DNA of 63,862 nt, filler included, from Catajapyx aquilonaris (lineage: Eukaryota): assembly GCA_000934665.2 (NCBI GenBank). It is 3 parts of 3 records of this genome, joined end to end, with 100 filler letters (N's around TTAATTAATTAA, not from the genome) between each part and the next. Parts side by side here need not be neighbours in the genome. Positions count along the whole stretch, not along the records: positions 21,283 to 42,698 come from KZ539485.1; 2 more parts are not named here. One strand, given 5' to 3'. A program made the translations under genes and the position numbers. Below the pieces are notes generated by a model that made no database searches, was not told the origin of the DNA, and saw only the letters and a program-made list of their open reading frames with translations. Position 1 is the first letter of the stretch. Each line of letters opens with the position of its first letter. Of this stretch, positions 24,201-38,956 are shown one piece after another.

Positions 24201-27200
24201 CAATTTTTCAGATTTAACTTGCTCTTTTTTTTGTCGTTATTATTCGCCCGCTTGTTGCTGCTGCCTTCTTATGCTGTTTGAGTATATGGATGTTCACATG
24301 GGGGCCAGAGGGGAAGAGGTTTTTTGACGAGGAAATGGGCTGCAAATTGGTCCCCGAAATAAAGGAGGGGGATGATTGGAAGAAGGGCTCTTGATTTGTG
24401 AGTGTGGAAGTAAAAGGTCTTTTGGATTTTTTGGAGAGGGGGGGGGCTAAGTTGGAGGCTTTAGAAGGGGGGGCAGCCGCGTGTCAGTCACCTGAGCGGC
24501 CGGAGACTGACGGGCATCCAGCGCACAACCGATTATGGGCTTTTAAGCCATCAGCCCTCCCGACGACTTAAAAGCCCACTTATTCCCCTCCCCAACTTGC
24601 CCTCTCCACCTTTTTCTTCAGCTGGAAAAAAAATTGTAACCCCGTCGGAGAAGTGTAGAAGTGTTCCCCCGATGTGGCCCGCCCGCAGCACATTTTGGTG
24701 CTCTTCTTTTTCTTACATAGCTCTCGTTCTGTGGCCTGAAGTTTGGGGCTGGCGAGAGGGTCCAATTAGAGCCATTTGATACAGCAGCACGTTCAATTAA
24801 TGGGATCGTCCAAGGCTGGCAGGTTGCACAATGCGTGTCTTAAGCACCAGCCCTGGCTTATAATCACAACGTCTAGCTTGCGTGAAACACACACACACGT
24901 CACAAACAGCAGTCTGAACCAAAAAGAAATTGTCTGCCTGCCCATCAAGTGCTGCTCTGCGGATTCATTTATTTTTTAACATAAATTAATGAATCATTTG
25001 ATTAGGGCCGCAGATTTTTTTTTTCATATCCTCAGATGTAGGAACATGCGAATATGAAGACTATTTTTGTATGAGAAAATCCTTTTGGTCGGAGTCAGCC
25101 ACCATTGATGTTTTAATTGTATCCTATGGCACCATATCCAGGACAGTTGATGTCACCGCTGAAGTAAGGCAGCCTTCAACTCTATACAGTGAAGTATACA
25201 CGGGGGGGGCAAAAAATAGTTCCCAGCAACTGAACTTATCGATTCGAATCTGGAGGTTAGGTCTATACAGCAGGTGTAATTATTATTTACCCCGGCATCA
25301 TTCGAGTACGGAAATTGCAAACAAAAAAATCGGCATGCAGGGCCCCACTTATTTCGCAATCCCAGATATTCTGTGACGCTCCAAAGGAGAGAATAACTGC
25401 ACACGCCGATGTTTTCGCACGATGCGTACATTGCTGCCGTTCAAGGAAAAAGGAAGCGGATTGTTCACTCCGGCAAGTCATTCAATCACTGGTTTCATCC
25501 ATCTTGCTGAATACTTCTCTGCAATCTTTATGGGGGTTCAATTTGAAGTTGACCAATATTTTTGGTGCATAGGGTGTGGACTTTAAAGTGCCCCCCATTT
25601 TTTTTTGCTCTCTCTCCATATACACCTCCACCTCCCCCACTCCACTTTCCAACACTGCCCGCCTACTGAAAGAGGTGTCCATGTATGACGGTCACGTCGC
25701 CGTGACAATCAAGCAGAGAGAAAGAGCAGGTCCCTTTTCCGCCCTTTGTTCGGCGCTGATCGGAAGCGGCCACAGGCGGGCTTCTTATCGGGGCCAACCA
25801 TCAAAAGAGGTGGTTCAGGTGAGGTTTTTTTTATTATTATTTGAGGGGAGGGGAGGGGAGGGAAAGGGGGGAGACACCTGGATGGGCTTCCAGTGCACAT
25901 GGCGTGTCTTATTATTGCGCTGAAGACCGGGAGGCAGAGAGAGAGGGTGGGATGGTCCCTTTCCACCCACCCACCCCCACTTTTCCACCCAACACCGCAC
26001 AGCAAACCTCCTTCCTCACATTCTCATTACACAGGTCAAGTTGATCTAATTTAGATTAATATTTACTGTCACAAATGCCAAGTCGTCTTCATCTGTGGCC
26101 GTCGGAGCGTGCTGGGGGGGGGGGGGGGGGGNGGGGGGGGGGGGGGGGAACTTTTGTTTCGCGCCGTGACGCCCCCTCCCATCATATATGTATATATACC
26201 CATGCTGCGGCTATATACCCTCTTCCTCTGTACACGACCATTCAATTTTCCGATTCCCAATTGTGTATACACATGTACGCCCACGCACATGCGGAACTTG
26301 CTCGATATTGTTTGTCCGAGGTGGGGTGTGGCACTGGGAAAAGGCAGCAGAGTCGCAATAATATTGTTCACCTCCAGAGTTGGTGCTCGTGGACTGTTAT
26401 CGAACTTTGACCCGTTTGGTTCATTTCAGGATGTAGTATGTCTTATCGAAGATTTTACTCGCATTTTATAGGCATTCTGAGAAAAAATGATGGAGGTCAT
26501 CCTGGCAATATGCAACCATCAACACTCGAGCAATAAGAGAAATAAAACGACAGTAAAGTACTGATGGTTGCATCCGTCAGGATACGTCTGGCCGAAACAA
26601 TATTCAAGTTTGAAATATTTGTCGATGTATCGATAGGTGTTTAATGTGTATTATCAACGCCTTGTCACGTCAGAGGATGTAACAAATAGTAATAAAACGT
26701 ACATTCACGAGGTTAATAAGCGTACTTGACATTTTTCCACTGATGTCAGATACCTTTTATTGCAGTTAATTTGTAACATCCTCGCTAATTAACAGGTTAG
26801 TTGTAAAACTTGTAACTGGCAGGACTTCCCCAACTGTTTCTAAACGGGCGACGTGCACGTGCATGCCGCATATGTGTGAAGCCCATCCAGAGACAAGGTG
26901 GAGACCCACCCTCCTTGCCCCGAAGGGAGGAGTAATATAAAATGAGAGAGAGAGAAATGCATCTGGGGGTGAGTGTGAATGGTGGTATTGCTCCCTGGAG
27001 AGCGGACGGCCGAATGAATGAGAAATGTAAGAAGGACATGAGGAGGGGTAGTATACCAAGCACTTCCTCCATATCATATATATGATACCTATACACCTTA
27101 ACTTATAGCTGGCTGGCTTGGCTTGGCCCGGAGTGATATTAACGGCAGGAAGCAGCTCCTCCTTTCACAGCTGTTAATTGTCGTAAATAGTGGGCGAGCT

Positions 27201-30200
27201 CATTGCGGTCACTTGCCTGTGACCTCTCTCTCTCTCTCTCTCTGTTATATTCTGACCACCGTGGCTCTCTCTCCCACCGAGCAAGTTGGAGGAAGGGGGT
27301 GAGGGTTATTATTATATGCTGCTATTGCTGCGGACGCAACTGATGAAATATGGCTGGTCGTGTCACGAGGCCATTACGTTCTACTCTGTACGTCCCAGGC
27401 ACTCACCTGAGCATTGCCTCTTCCGGCTATACGTACACGATATTATGCGCAAACGCTGCACATATACGCACATACATTAAGTAAAGGAAGGAAGAGATGG
27501 CGGGGAGAAAAAAAATGAGTGGCATGAAATAATGTGGCAGGAGCTGTGGGAAGAACTTGGAAGTAATGCAAAAACAGTGCTTTTGAGCTGACAGTGAGTG
27601 ATGGCTTGGTCTCAATGGAATTATGGTCTCCATAAAACTGATTATAAATAAACAAAAATATTAATTAAGCGAGGAATTATCTGTATAGTACAGATCTCAG
27701 TACGTAGCCTGAAATTACCTATATGGGAAAGCCAGAGCACCGAATTATAGGCAATAATTTAATATTCAATGTAATATATTGCATCATATGGAAAAATGTG
27801 TTATTAAAAACAATTTTGTCAATAATCTACTGAGATCGCTATGAAACACGATTATGCGTGTCTGATGTTGCCATTTGTACATGTGCATATGTGAGACACC
27901 TGAACTGGTTCGTCGAAATATGCGATGCATTTAATTAAAATGCTTTTGGATTAAGACATTAATCTCTCTTCCTGCTTACGGTGGCATTGATAACATATAG
28001 GTAGCTGGTTATACCTTTAGGCAACGGATATTTTTTCCGCATCCATGCAGAAACACTATGTAGTGACTCGCGAGCAAAAAAAAAAAAAAAANNNNNNNNN
28101 NNNNNNNNNNNNNNNNNNNNNNNNNNNNNNNNNNNNNNNNNNNNNNNNNNNNNNNNNNNNNNNNNNNNNNNNNNNNNNNCCCCCCCCCCCCCCACCTTTC
28201 CGTTCTGCCATTGCTGTATGATCGAGGAAATTGCTTTTTTGCTCTTGTTCATTCTTTCCCAAAGGAAAAAAAAATTACAACCCGCGTTTTGTGTATGCCA
28301 AATTAACCGTACTTCTTTGTTTGCAATTTTTATGGCTCAGGCATTTAGGCGCATTACGAACTTGGCTTTGGGGATTATGCCGGATTTGCAGATATCGCTT
28401 AATTGACCATCTTTTTGCGGCCTAACATTTCTCAGGGTCATGATAAACCATGCTTGAGATTTAATGTTAAATGGCCTCAAAAATCAGGCAACGACAGCAA
28501 CTTTATTTTGGTTGGGGGTCGAAGGGCATCAGTACTGATTTGAGGACAATGCAACTTCCGGTACAGATTTGCATAATTATTCCAATTTGATCTGATCTTA
28601 GCTATAGTATGTTTTAATGTCACATTCTTGTAATTTCTGCTTAAATTCCCTATTAACGGTAACTATAAGCCATGTTTGCTGTAAATGTTCATAATATTTC
28701 TGTGGGCAGATTTTGTTAACTTTCTCAAACATTGCTCAACGGAACTCTTTTTGCAACACACCCTTTCCTTGAATTACTTTAGAGAGCACATAAATATTTA
28801 ACCTTGGCAATTACTGAACTCGGACAGTATAATATGCTGCAAGGTCAAATAAGCACACGCGCAAAATATTTCTGCCTCGATGATTTGATGACCCCTTTTT
28901 GGCAGCAAAGTGTCACGATACCCTTGTAATTCCTGTGGGACTCCTTTTCCTCCTCATTATTTTAAACACCCACACTCGGGCCATTTAAGCGAAATCTGAG
29001 ATTATGTGTGCGAATATTCACGACACCGCCGCTTCGATATACGATAGGCCCTTGGATTGGGAACTAAAATGTTGACGAATTTCTGTGGGTAATGAGAGTC
29101 GATGGCCACACTTAATGGCCAAGAGTGATTCATGAGAGTTGCATAGGTATAGGGTCATCCGGCGAAGGTCTTGTTCCGTGTTTTGTGATGCGGCCTTCGG
29201 TCTCTCCTTCTTCTCTCTGGGTCGGGGCAGATGCAAATTGGGCTTTGGTGTGGTGGTGAGGCAAGAGTTGGGGGGAAGGCGATCCACGATATTGGTATGA
29301 AAAGCTAGCCCTTGGACGCATCCCGCAGATTGGAGCCTGGGTCTGACCCCTATCATTAAGTTGGGACGGCGGGCCCATTATCCCAAAGGGTTAGCCCTAA
29401 CTCTAATTACGTCTTTGCTGGGAAAAGTTTATTCTCCGGTACCACAAAACCCTAGCAAAGTGCTGTGTGTGCGCGGCGCTCTCATGTTTGCTCAATATCA
29501 TACTCCTATTCATCTGGCCATTCTTGCCCACCACGCAATCACAATATCTCCCAAAAATGATGAACGGAATTCCACTAGACAGACGCAGCCATTTTTATTG
29601 CAATTTTACACGATGGTAGTTCGCATTTCTGAGCACACGGGCGAATAATTGAACGAAGTGGCTGCCTCGGCCAATAAACTCGTCAGTATATTGCTGATGA
29701 GAACTGGAAGGCATTTTCATGGAGGAGGCAACTTATCTGCGTGTAAAAACACATAGGCCACATTCCTGGCTGGAANNNNNNNNNNNNNNNNNNNNNNNNN
29801 NNNNNNNNNNNNNNNNNNNNNNNNNNNNNNNNTTTTTTCCTTCCTGATGCTGCTGCAATGTGTGTTGAGGAGAATGATGGAACGATCCTCTGGACCCGAT
29901 TGCATCGGCAAACATGGCTCCAGGGGTCAAGTCGGCCTTTTACAGCGTCCCATACATGCGCGCCTTTTGGCTGCATGATGGGCTGTAAATCCAGGCGTCG
30001 TTTGGGATCAGACACCTCGGGGAAATCCCAACAACAACAACAACACACACACACCAAGCACTGTATCATTAAATCCGGCCCGAATTTTATTGCACTTTGC
30101 TCGTTATTTTGCTTCTTGTCCCTTCCCCGCCCCCTTTTTATGCAGCATACAAGAACCAACAACACACACAAACACAAAAAAGAGAAATGGAAGTATATGG

Positions 30201-30925
30201 TCCCCTGGATGACTATTCAGTGGACGTGACTGTAAATCTTGGCCTCGTGTGCAGTGCAAATACGGTTCTGCGTGCTGCGTAGGCCTGACGCCGCTGACAA
30301 TATCATCGCTCAGCTGTAATGTTATGTGGCTGATGTAGTTATAAGACTGTACAGCTGGAAGGCTGTGACGGAGATTCACTGATCGTTAGCTGAATAAGGC
30401 TTGTTATAGTAACAATAATTAAGGAGATGTCCCATTGTCAGCTGCTTAATTAGTCGAGGTTCTAGTGTCATTAAAGATACCAACAGAATAACACCAGGAG
30501 ATAAACGCTGGTGATGGGCAGGGGCATCATAACTTAGCGGCAGATACATTAGTATTATTAATTTGCTAGCTTCATTATGTGCTTAGAGAATTTTTTGTAA
30601 GTTTTTGATGTGTCAGGTTCTGGTGTTATTTTTTAACTCTTATTATATTATACAGGGTAGTGTTTTGTCCTCTGCTATTTTTAATATGGATGTCAATAGA
30701 CTTTATGCACCCTTCTGACGACGATTTTTAATCTCTTCTTGAAATAAATATTTTTCTTGCAGAAAATTTCTAAGAAATTATTTAATTATTTCTGTGGCAC
30801 ATAATAGGCTATACATGATGTGCACATGAGCAGGAAAGCTTTCTCATATTATCATTTTCCTTTTACGCTGGTGCCATGGAGCCTGGACAAGCGTTGATGA
30901 GAGGCAAAATGTTTTACGAAACACA

Positions 30926-31460
30926 TTAATTGACTCGCTTTGCGAGCCGGTGGGGCTCCGCCCCCCCCCCCCCCCCCCCCNCGGACCCCCCCGTGGGGCT
31001 GCGCCCCACTTGCGCGCCTTCGGCGCGGTGCCCGTGTTCCGCCTAATCCATCCGGTTACAGAAATCCATCCGTTTTCAGAACCCGTGACGTCACGGTCCA
31101 CAAAGGTATGGAGTTTGAGAATGCGCCCTAGCTGACGTATATGGTGAAAGAAGGAAAAGTGGGGTGGGGGGCCAGGAGGAGTGGGTGTAACCATATGTGA
31201 GCTGAGAGGTCTCCGGAGATGAGGGTGAATGGGCCATTGTTCTCTCCCGGCTTAACGACAACCAGATGGTCCGTGTGGCGGGTGCAAAAGTCGACTTTTG
31301 GCCATCTCGAAAACGGCTGGGAATTTTGGGATTTTGAGGATTTTTGGACAACGTATGTCGACTGCAAGGAATCCAACGGAATTTCGACCACAGCTCTACG
31401 ACCTCGGGAAGTGCGAAATCTTTTTCATCCTCCTCCTATATCCTATATCCTCCTCGTTTA
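30926..31460. repeat. Probable interspersed repeat with GC-rich short hairpins (possibly Helitron-like)
   Basis: ctcgc-ttt-gcgag, gtggggc-tgc-gccccac and cgcgcc-ttc-ggcgcg hairpins. Composition differs from the AT-rich flanks. The class is a guess. Confidence 0.35.
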
Positions 31461-34400
31461 GGGGCTTTATATATATTAGACTATTTTTCAATGTACGAGT
31501 ATTTTAAAGAATTCATATCGGCTGTATGCCTGTATATTATACTGTATATACGAACACATTCACCATGCATGAACGTGCCGGTACAGGTTCCACATATTTG
31601 CAGTTGGTAAATATTGAAATAAATCATATCAAATCAATTATATGAAGTTGAATTCAATGATATTTTACTTCAAATAAGGTAACTTACGCAACAGTTATTG
31701 AAATATTTGTACGATAATAATTTCAACCGCAGATTTGTGAGGTATCATTCTTATACCCAGTGATTTATGGATATGCTTCTTCACTTGTATGGATAAGGTG
31801 CTGTTTACAGTTAAAAGGCTACCTAATATTTAAACTGCCTCGCAGCAGAAGCATGAGAAGAACAGGAAGAAGAAGGGACCGTGCTGGAAGGAAACAAAAG
31901 GGATTGGTTATGTGTGTGATGGTGACGGGCATGAAAGCTGCGCGCGAGTCCGATAAAAGTCTAGTAAAAATGCAAAGCCGAATGCGAGTGATTTACATAG
32001 GCCTGATAATGGAGTAGATAGGCTTCATTAAGCGCTTCGCAGAATGCATTCTTAACTAAGGCGGCCCTCTCATTAGGCCACGAGGGGAATCCACGCTGCT
32101 GACGGCCAGACGCGTGCGTGCAAAACCTTTTTGCCATATACTTTTACAGGGTGTCCCACACACCGATTCGGACAAACTTCGAGGACCACTCACCCTTATA
32201 CAAGTCCTTTCCGGATATAGCACCCCGTGTGTTTGGACTGCCGGTATGGTATTTGGGCACTCAGCGATGGGTACATTTCGCCAGGTGAGGCGTGCGTACA
32301 TATACATCACCCCCTGCATTCCTTGCTCGCCTGTTGATAACAGCAAAAATGTAATGGCAAGAACTCGCTTATTCGGATCAGATTAAAAGCGCAAAGTCTA
32401 GTAGATTGCTGCAACTGCGACCGGACACTTTATTTAGCGGGGGCTCGCATTCCGGACGGTCCTTTTAATGCCTTTGGAATAATATACACGCTGCTGCTGG
32501 ACTCGGACACCGCAGCACGTCCCAGCAGATGGCCTCCATTTCATCAAGGGCTAAACACGGGACAATTCGTTGGGGGTACTTGCTCGACCTGATTAGAGCA
32601 GGCCACATGCGGAATGCGCGACACTTGTCCCCATCATTATCCAGACCAGGCAATTACCGCCAGAATATACCCCGTGGGAAAACCTCGGGGAAATTCCGAT
32701 ATTGAAATACAGTCGCACATCGGCCTTGACGGCGGCGTTCCCACTCTGCATACAACTAAGGAATACGTTATGTGTGAGTAATGTATACATGTGGGCAGAA
32801 GTTATACGCTCGCATTTGGCAAAAGGTGACTAGAGCTCATTTGGGAGCCACGGCCTTCCGATTTATGTATCTCGCTGTGACTTGGTGATTATTATTGTGC
32901 GGCAAGCAGATGCATGGCCTGATCAGGCTTCCTTCCTTCTTCTTTTTTTTAAAGGTTATCAGCCAGAAGAGCAAAAGTATTGGTGGACCAGGAGCACCTA
33001 ATTTGCCCTTGGCCACGCCCACTTTTCTGATGAGCATCGTGCCCTGAATAATATCCCCAGACACTTTGTCATGACACAATGCAGTATTCACTCCTCGCAA
33101 TAAATCAGGCCTCGTACACTGACACCTACCCAATGATGCAAAAGTTATATACCAACCGATGTAATGCGGAAGAGATCGTGTCCACCAAATGTGCGTCGTT
33201 AATATAATTAAACGATGTTTAAAACTCGAGTTTACACAGCAGTCTCTGCTGAGGAGAAGGTTACTTTGTATACACGTATTTATTAGCAATCTCTGTAAAC
33301 TGGATGACATAACAACTTCCTCTCGAGACTCACGTGGCAGTCATTACGACATGAAAATTACAATATTTTGGAGGCAAGCCCATAAATCATTGCGTCCCGC
33401 TTCACAAAAACCTCGGGACGAAAATTAACAGGTGAAGCAGCAGACTTATTATACCCGGATCGCCTAACCGCTCCAAATATATGGATACAAAAAAAAGACG
33501 AAAAAGTGAAGGCTGGTTTTGTATATATTGTGGTTGAGTTGCATCGAAACAAAACCTGAAGTGCCAGGTGGAATTTCCTGTCTATAAAAAAAAGAGTAGA
33601 GTGGTGTTTGTATGAAGTTTGAAGAGTAGAAAAAAATAGTAAGGGACGGAAAGGACAAGGGTTTCCAATCTTTGTTCCCTTATGCTCTGTCTCACATCAT
33701 CATTAACACGTCCGTCATCGTAAAAGCCTGATAAGAAAGTGAGCGAGAGAAATATATATAAAAAAGGAGCTTAAGCCGGATCCTAATGTACGCTCTTTTA
33801 CTTTTTAACGTATCGACATGGTTTGATTATTTTAAAAGAGCTTCTGTTCGAGCTTGTTGCACCCTTTTTGTGTCGTTAAAATTAATCTAGAAAAATCAAG
33901 TACTTTGATGCATGTGGCTGATGGTAACATTGTCAGTAATAGAGAGTATGTAAGGGTCGTGAGCATTTGGAATTCGTCATGGTGGTTGGCATGGCAAGAG
34001 GAAAAGGCGAATGCTCGCGCCAATTATTCATTGTGAGAATTGGCATTGGGAGCTGTGTGCTGTGCCCCTGGACACACCACAAGTCACCGGAAGTCAACTC
34101 CACGGGGACACTTTTTACTTTATTTTCACGCTCTCTGACCGTGTCTACGACCTGCCCACCCCTCCCCGAAAAAAAAGTGACACGAAGCCATCCGTCGTGG
34201 CAACCAACTATGCTAATCTTCGTCGTGTTGGCCCCCGCCAAAAAATTCGGCAGTGTTCCTGCTATTCATTGAGCCTCCTGATGTATAATATGAGCTGCCC
34301 CCCCACCCGGTTAATGAATGTAACGCAAGTAAGCTCATTACCCCCGCTGTCAGGTTCCTTGGCCGTGAAAATGGGCAGAAAAGAGCTGGGGCTTTGGAAC

Positions 34401-37400
34401 GAAAGGCGCGTAATTCGCTCCATTAATCATTTCTGCCCGGATTGGTTGTCAGCAAAGTTAGAGAGAGAGAGAGTCCCTCGGGCTCACATGGGATTCAATG
34501 CAACACGGACCGCATGACCTGCAAGTATATATACGCACGAATTTTTTTTAAAAAAGTGCGCAGGAAATAAAATGTCAAAAGGGTACATGACGTGACGGCA
34601 GCAGTAGGGATGAGTATTACAGGTTGACAAAGTGAAAAGTGGCATGAGATGAGAGGATAGCGCCAGATTAGACCGAATAATTGTTTTCATGATGCTGAAT
34701 GAAAAAAAAATTAATGTTTTATACGTACAAGCACCGGGGGTAAACATGCAGGCCTTTTATACTATCAGCGAGTGTGTGTGTGTCCAAAAGTCCAAGGATG
34801 AATCCGGGGGTATATTCCATGCTGTCTGTTTTTTCGCTCTCCGTATTATCAGATGGTTAAAACCACGTTCCGAGATCCTCAGCAGACAACAAAACGGGGA
34901 GGGTTGGACATCACGCGAGATATTTCAAAGAGAATATCATTGCGGCTGTTTTGTCACGGATAATTATCACGGGGTGGGCTGGAATAGCACACTACTTTAA
35001 CTATTATTACTTGCAACGACATGTCATTTCCTGGCTGCGATTGCAGCCTGCCTAATATTCCTCTCCTCCGGTTATATATCTCTCTAGTGTTTTTTTTTTC
35101 ATTCTTTCTGTTTCTAACCCGCCCATTCAACCTCCCCTTCGCAAATTAAACAATAGGAGGCCTGTTGCGATGAATTTTGATAAACACGGAATCCCTTCGT
35201 CCCACAGAACGAGAGCGGGACAAATGAGACCACTTATGTCCCGTAATGCGATGTACTAATTAATGGACAGTTGTAAATGCTTCTGGTGCTGATGTAAAAA
35301 AAATACTACAGGATTTCTAGAAACAGCAGGAGGCATCATTTTTTATGTATACATGAGCTCCAAATCAAGTAGTATACTGTACGACACATGTTGCAAAATA
35401 AAATGTTTGCAATATTATTTTTCACATATGTCCCGTGTAATTAGGTGACGTTTCTTCGGTGGCTGTGTCAGTACACCACCCTGTAATATAATTATTGAAG
35501 TAACGGAACGATTTGCATATACATGGCTCCAGTCCTGGTATAAAGGGGAAGTCCTGGTGTGTTGTACCCCAAATGCAAAGAGACACTAATGCACGGCTGC
35601 TCTGCAATAAGTGTCAGCTCTTCTTTTTGTGCGAGTGTCTCCGCCAAGTGATGATCAGCATGCAGGCCGTCCCTTGTTGCCTGATTGGTCGGTTTAGGGA
35701 CATTCTCTCTCTGGTAGGTTTTTTTTTTGTGTGTCCGACATTATAATTTTTATCAGCCCCCGTCCGGTTGAGTTGTCCGGTCACGTCGGCCGAATCACTC
35801 AATGAAGGATCACTGGGGGATTCCGTGGGGGCAGTATTTGTGTTCCGATTGCCACCAGCTGGCACTCATCCCTATATATACACTCAAACAACGATCTAAA
35901 AAAAAGGTGCCCGAAGGAAATCGAACCATAATGGTCTCTCCTATTTAAATTAGGGGAAAAAAAGAAAGTGAGGGCAACCGGAAAGCCACATATAGGACAA
36001 GTTATTTGGTGGTAGCTAGCAGCAACTACCCCCCCTTATGCAGTCAGCGGTGGGCCGGTGGGTTATTTTGAGCAAATCGGAACGTGACGCACATGAGCAA
36101 GTGGGAGGCAGGCAGGTGAGGGTTGGAGTGTATGGGACGGGAAATGAAAGGACGCCACTCGAATCTATTTATCCGGAGAGCCCCAACCGATCAAACCGAT
36201 CAACCCTTGGGCCATGTAGGTGAAGGTTCTCTCGCCGCTGCTGGATTTGACCCCTCCATTTTTTGTGTGTGTGTACAGAGAGCGAGGGTATAAACGGCGG
36301 CTACTGTTCTATGGTATGAGGCAGATTGCATTAAATTTAAATTTAAACCTGCCAGATGAAAGTGAGATTCGGTGGCTTTAACGCACCTGAGTGAAAACAT
36401 TTTTCGCATGACAGATGTACCTGGATTTGCAGATTTATGCGTGGAATCTGATCCCACCTCCTTGTAATAATCATAATTTTGTGCAGTGTTAACAATCAAG
36501 GAAGAGCGACAAGAAGAGAAACCCTCAAGTGGTATCATATATACGTAAGGTATTTTCGCTCTCTGGGAAATGTTTGAACAGGTGAATATTCGGGATTAAA
36601 AGTATATACCTCGGTTCTTATCGCAGCATTTATGTCTTAATTATATGTTGAGGCTCCCTCCTCCTCCTTCTAAGAAAGAGAGAGACAGAGCATAAACAAT
36701 GGCGTTCCTTTTTTTCTCTTTCTCTCTCTCTCCTCCACTCTTCCAACCCCAGTCATTTATACACACTCTACGGTGTACAATGCTGACGATAATATCAGTC
36801 GGAATTCGAATGTGGAAGCCTCGGCGTAAATGCTGCGAGTCAACAAGCGATTCCTTCCCGCGATACCGGTTGTGCCCCGCTCACCCAATATGGCGCCTTG
36901 ACCCTGCACAACCCACACACTGCAACCACCAACTTCTTGTCTCCTCTAGTATATACCCTCTTAAAATGTCACTTTTGACGTAACTGTGCCATTCATTTTG
37001 CTCTTAATAACTCGTACATCGAGGTGTCGCACTTGGTAATGATTGGATATGGGTGTGTGCTGCACCATGAGGCGTGCATGCTTTGGGTATAATATTAGTA
37101 TGAATATACTTACAGGCAGGGTATAAAGAGGAGTGAGCGGTGGTTGGCTCATTAAAGTGCGCGGGGCTAGGCAAACAGATCTTGAAAGGTGGTGGTTACA
37201 AGGCAAGATAAGGAGGGCCCAGCCGTGGCAGTCAAGGGCGTCAGGATGAAAAGTGTTGGCGTAAAGATACGAGACAACCCGCTCCTTATTCTCCCAGCCC
37301 CCTTCTTCCTCCACCTGCTGCTCTTCCTTCTCTAAAAGTCTTTTCCCCCTGCCAAACCACCCTGTACTTGCCTATACCGGATGTCTCCCCAGGAAGCCTC

Positions 37401-38636
37401 ATGCGCACAATCAGAGAAAGGGTGTGAAAAGGGTTGCATATCTAGCAGGAAAAATTGCAATACAATTGGACATCTAAGACCTTCCAATATATTTTTTAAA
37501 AAAAACTAGAAGCAGGTACAATGACGCATTGCGTGAAGCCCCGCCCCACCATGCCGTAAATCTGACCCCCTCTGGCTATAACCCTCTGACCCCCTCGACT
37601 CCGCCACTCTGCTGGGTTTAATGGGGTAGCTGACGGCGTTTATATAACCACGAACCTAATATAATTATGCGCCATATATTACGGCCGTTGTGGGCATCGC
37701 GAGCCCTATTTGCGACTAGAGATAAATAAGGAGAGGGGGTGGTGTGCGGGAAGGGAAACTATATTTTTTGGCGCGCGGAATGATGGCGAGGGATGAATAA
37801 TTTGGCAATCGAAGCCTTCAGGGCTGGCAGGCAATTTGGATTTTTTTTTTTTGCGCCGACCGCGCATTTGAATACAATGTGAATCGACTTGGCCGGAAAA
37901 ATAATAAATCGTGGCGGATCTTGCCCCAGGAGTGAGTGTCCGGTCTGGTCAAACTCATCCACCGGACACTGAGACGGACGGTCTAATTAGAGCCCAAAGT
38001 AAAGTCGATTAGCCAGAGAGGAGCAATAATGGACGCCCGTGATTAAAACTCCCCCCCCCTGCTGTTTGATCCAATTAATTTGTCACGGTTTAGTGAAAAG
38101 TGCGAGGATATCGGATGATGACCATTGTTGAACCTTGTTGTCCCGGGTGACAAATAAGCAGGTCGAGGTGTTGCGTATCTGCTCTCCCCCTACTCCCCCC
38201 CCTACCCCTACTTCCGCCTTTTGAAAAACGCCCCCCCCCCCTCCGTCCCTCTCAAAAAATAATTAAAACGACCTGGATGTGATGAGATATGCATCGGGTC
38301 GCAGGATGTAAATTCACGGAGCTGAACACGTGCACGTCGATACACCAAAACGACAATAATGCGGGGGAGGAGGTCCATTCGCTGGGGGAGAAAAATAAAT
38401 ATAAAAAAATTGCCCTAACAATGCGAGGGGGCAAAAAGGACCGTTTTTAGACGGGCGGGTCTCATCATTCATTACAATAATTGGGTTCATCCCTATGACG
38501 CAGATATGACCAATATAATGTTTTATGTGTGGATTGTTGCATGAACAGTTTATAAAGATATGATAATCCAGGTTTTACGCCATGTTGTACGAACACAAAT
38601 TATGAGGGAAAATATCCGGAATGTTCACTTTATTTA

Positions 38637-38956
38637 CACTCTAAAAATTTACCAGTTTTTTTTCCAGTCGATTTGATTGATTTTCACTGTCGCCTACTTG
38701 ATTTGACTCCCACTCGATTTGAGTCATTCGAGTGCCGAAAAAATTTCACTCCGGATGAGCAATCATTTCACTCAAATTATGTTAACTTGGTTTTACTCAC
38801 TGAAATAGTCTCCCACTTATTATTTTCACTCTTCTTTCGAGTAATATTCCACTCAATTAGAGTTAAAGTAGATCTTTCCGAAGTGAAATTCACTCAAAAA
38901 GAGCATTTTACGGCATTGCTCCTCGGAGTGAAATTTTTACTCGATTTTTTTTGAGT
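38637..38956. mobile_element. Degenerate CAC-ended (CMC-like) MITE
   Basis: Termini CACTCTAAAAA...TTTTTTTGAGTA, with internal TTTCACTC/GAGTGAAA subrepeats. Confidence 0.4.
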
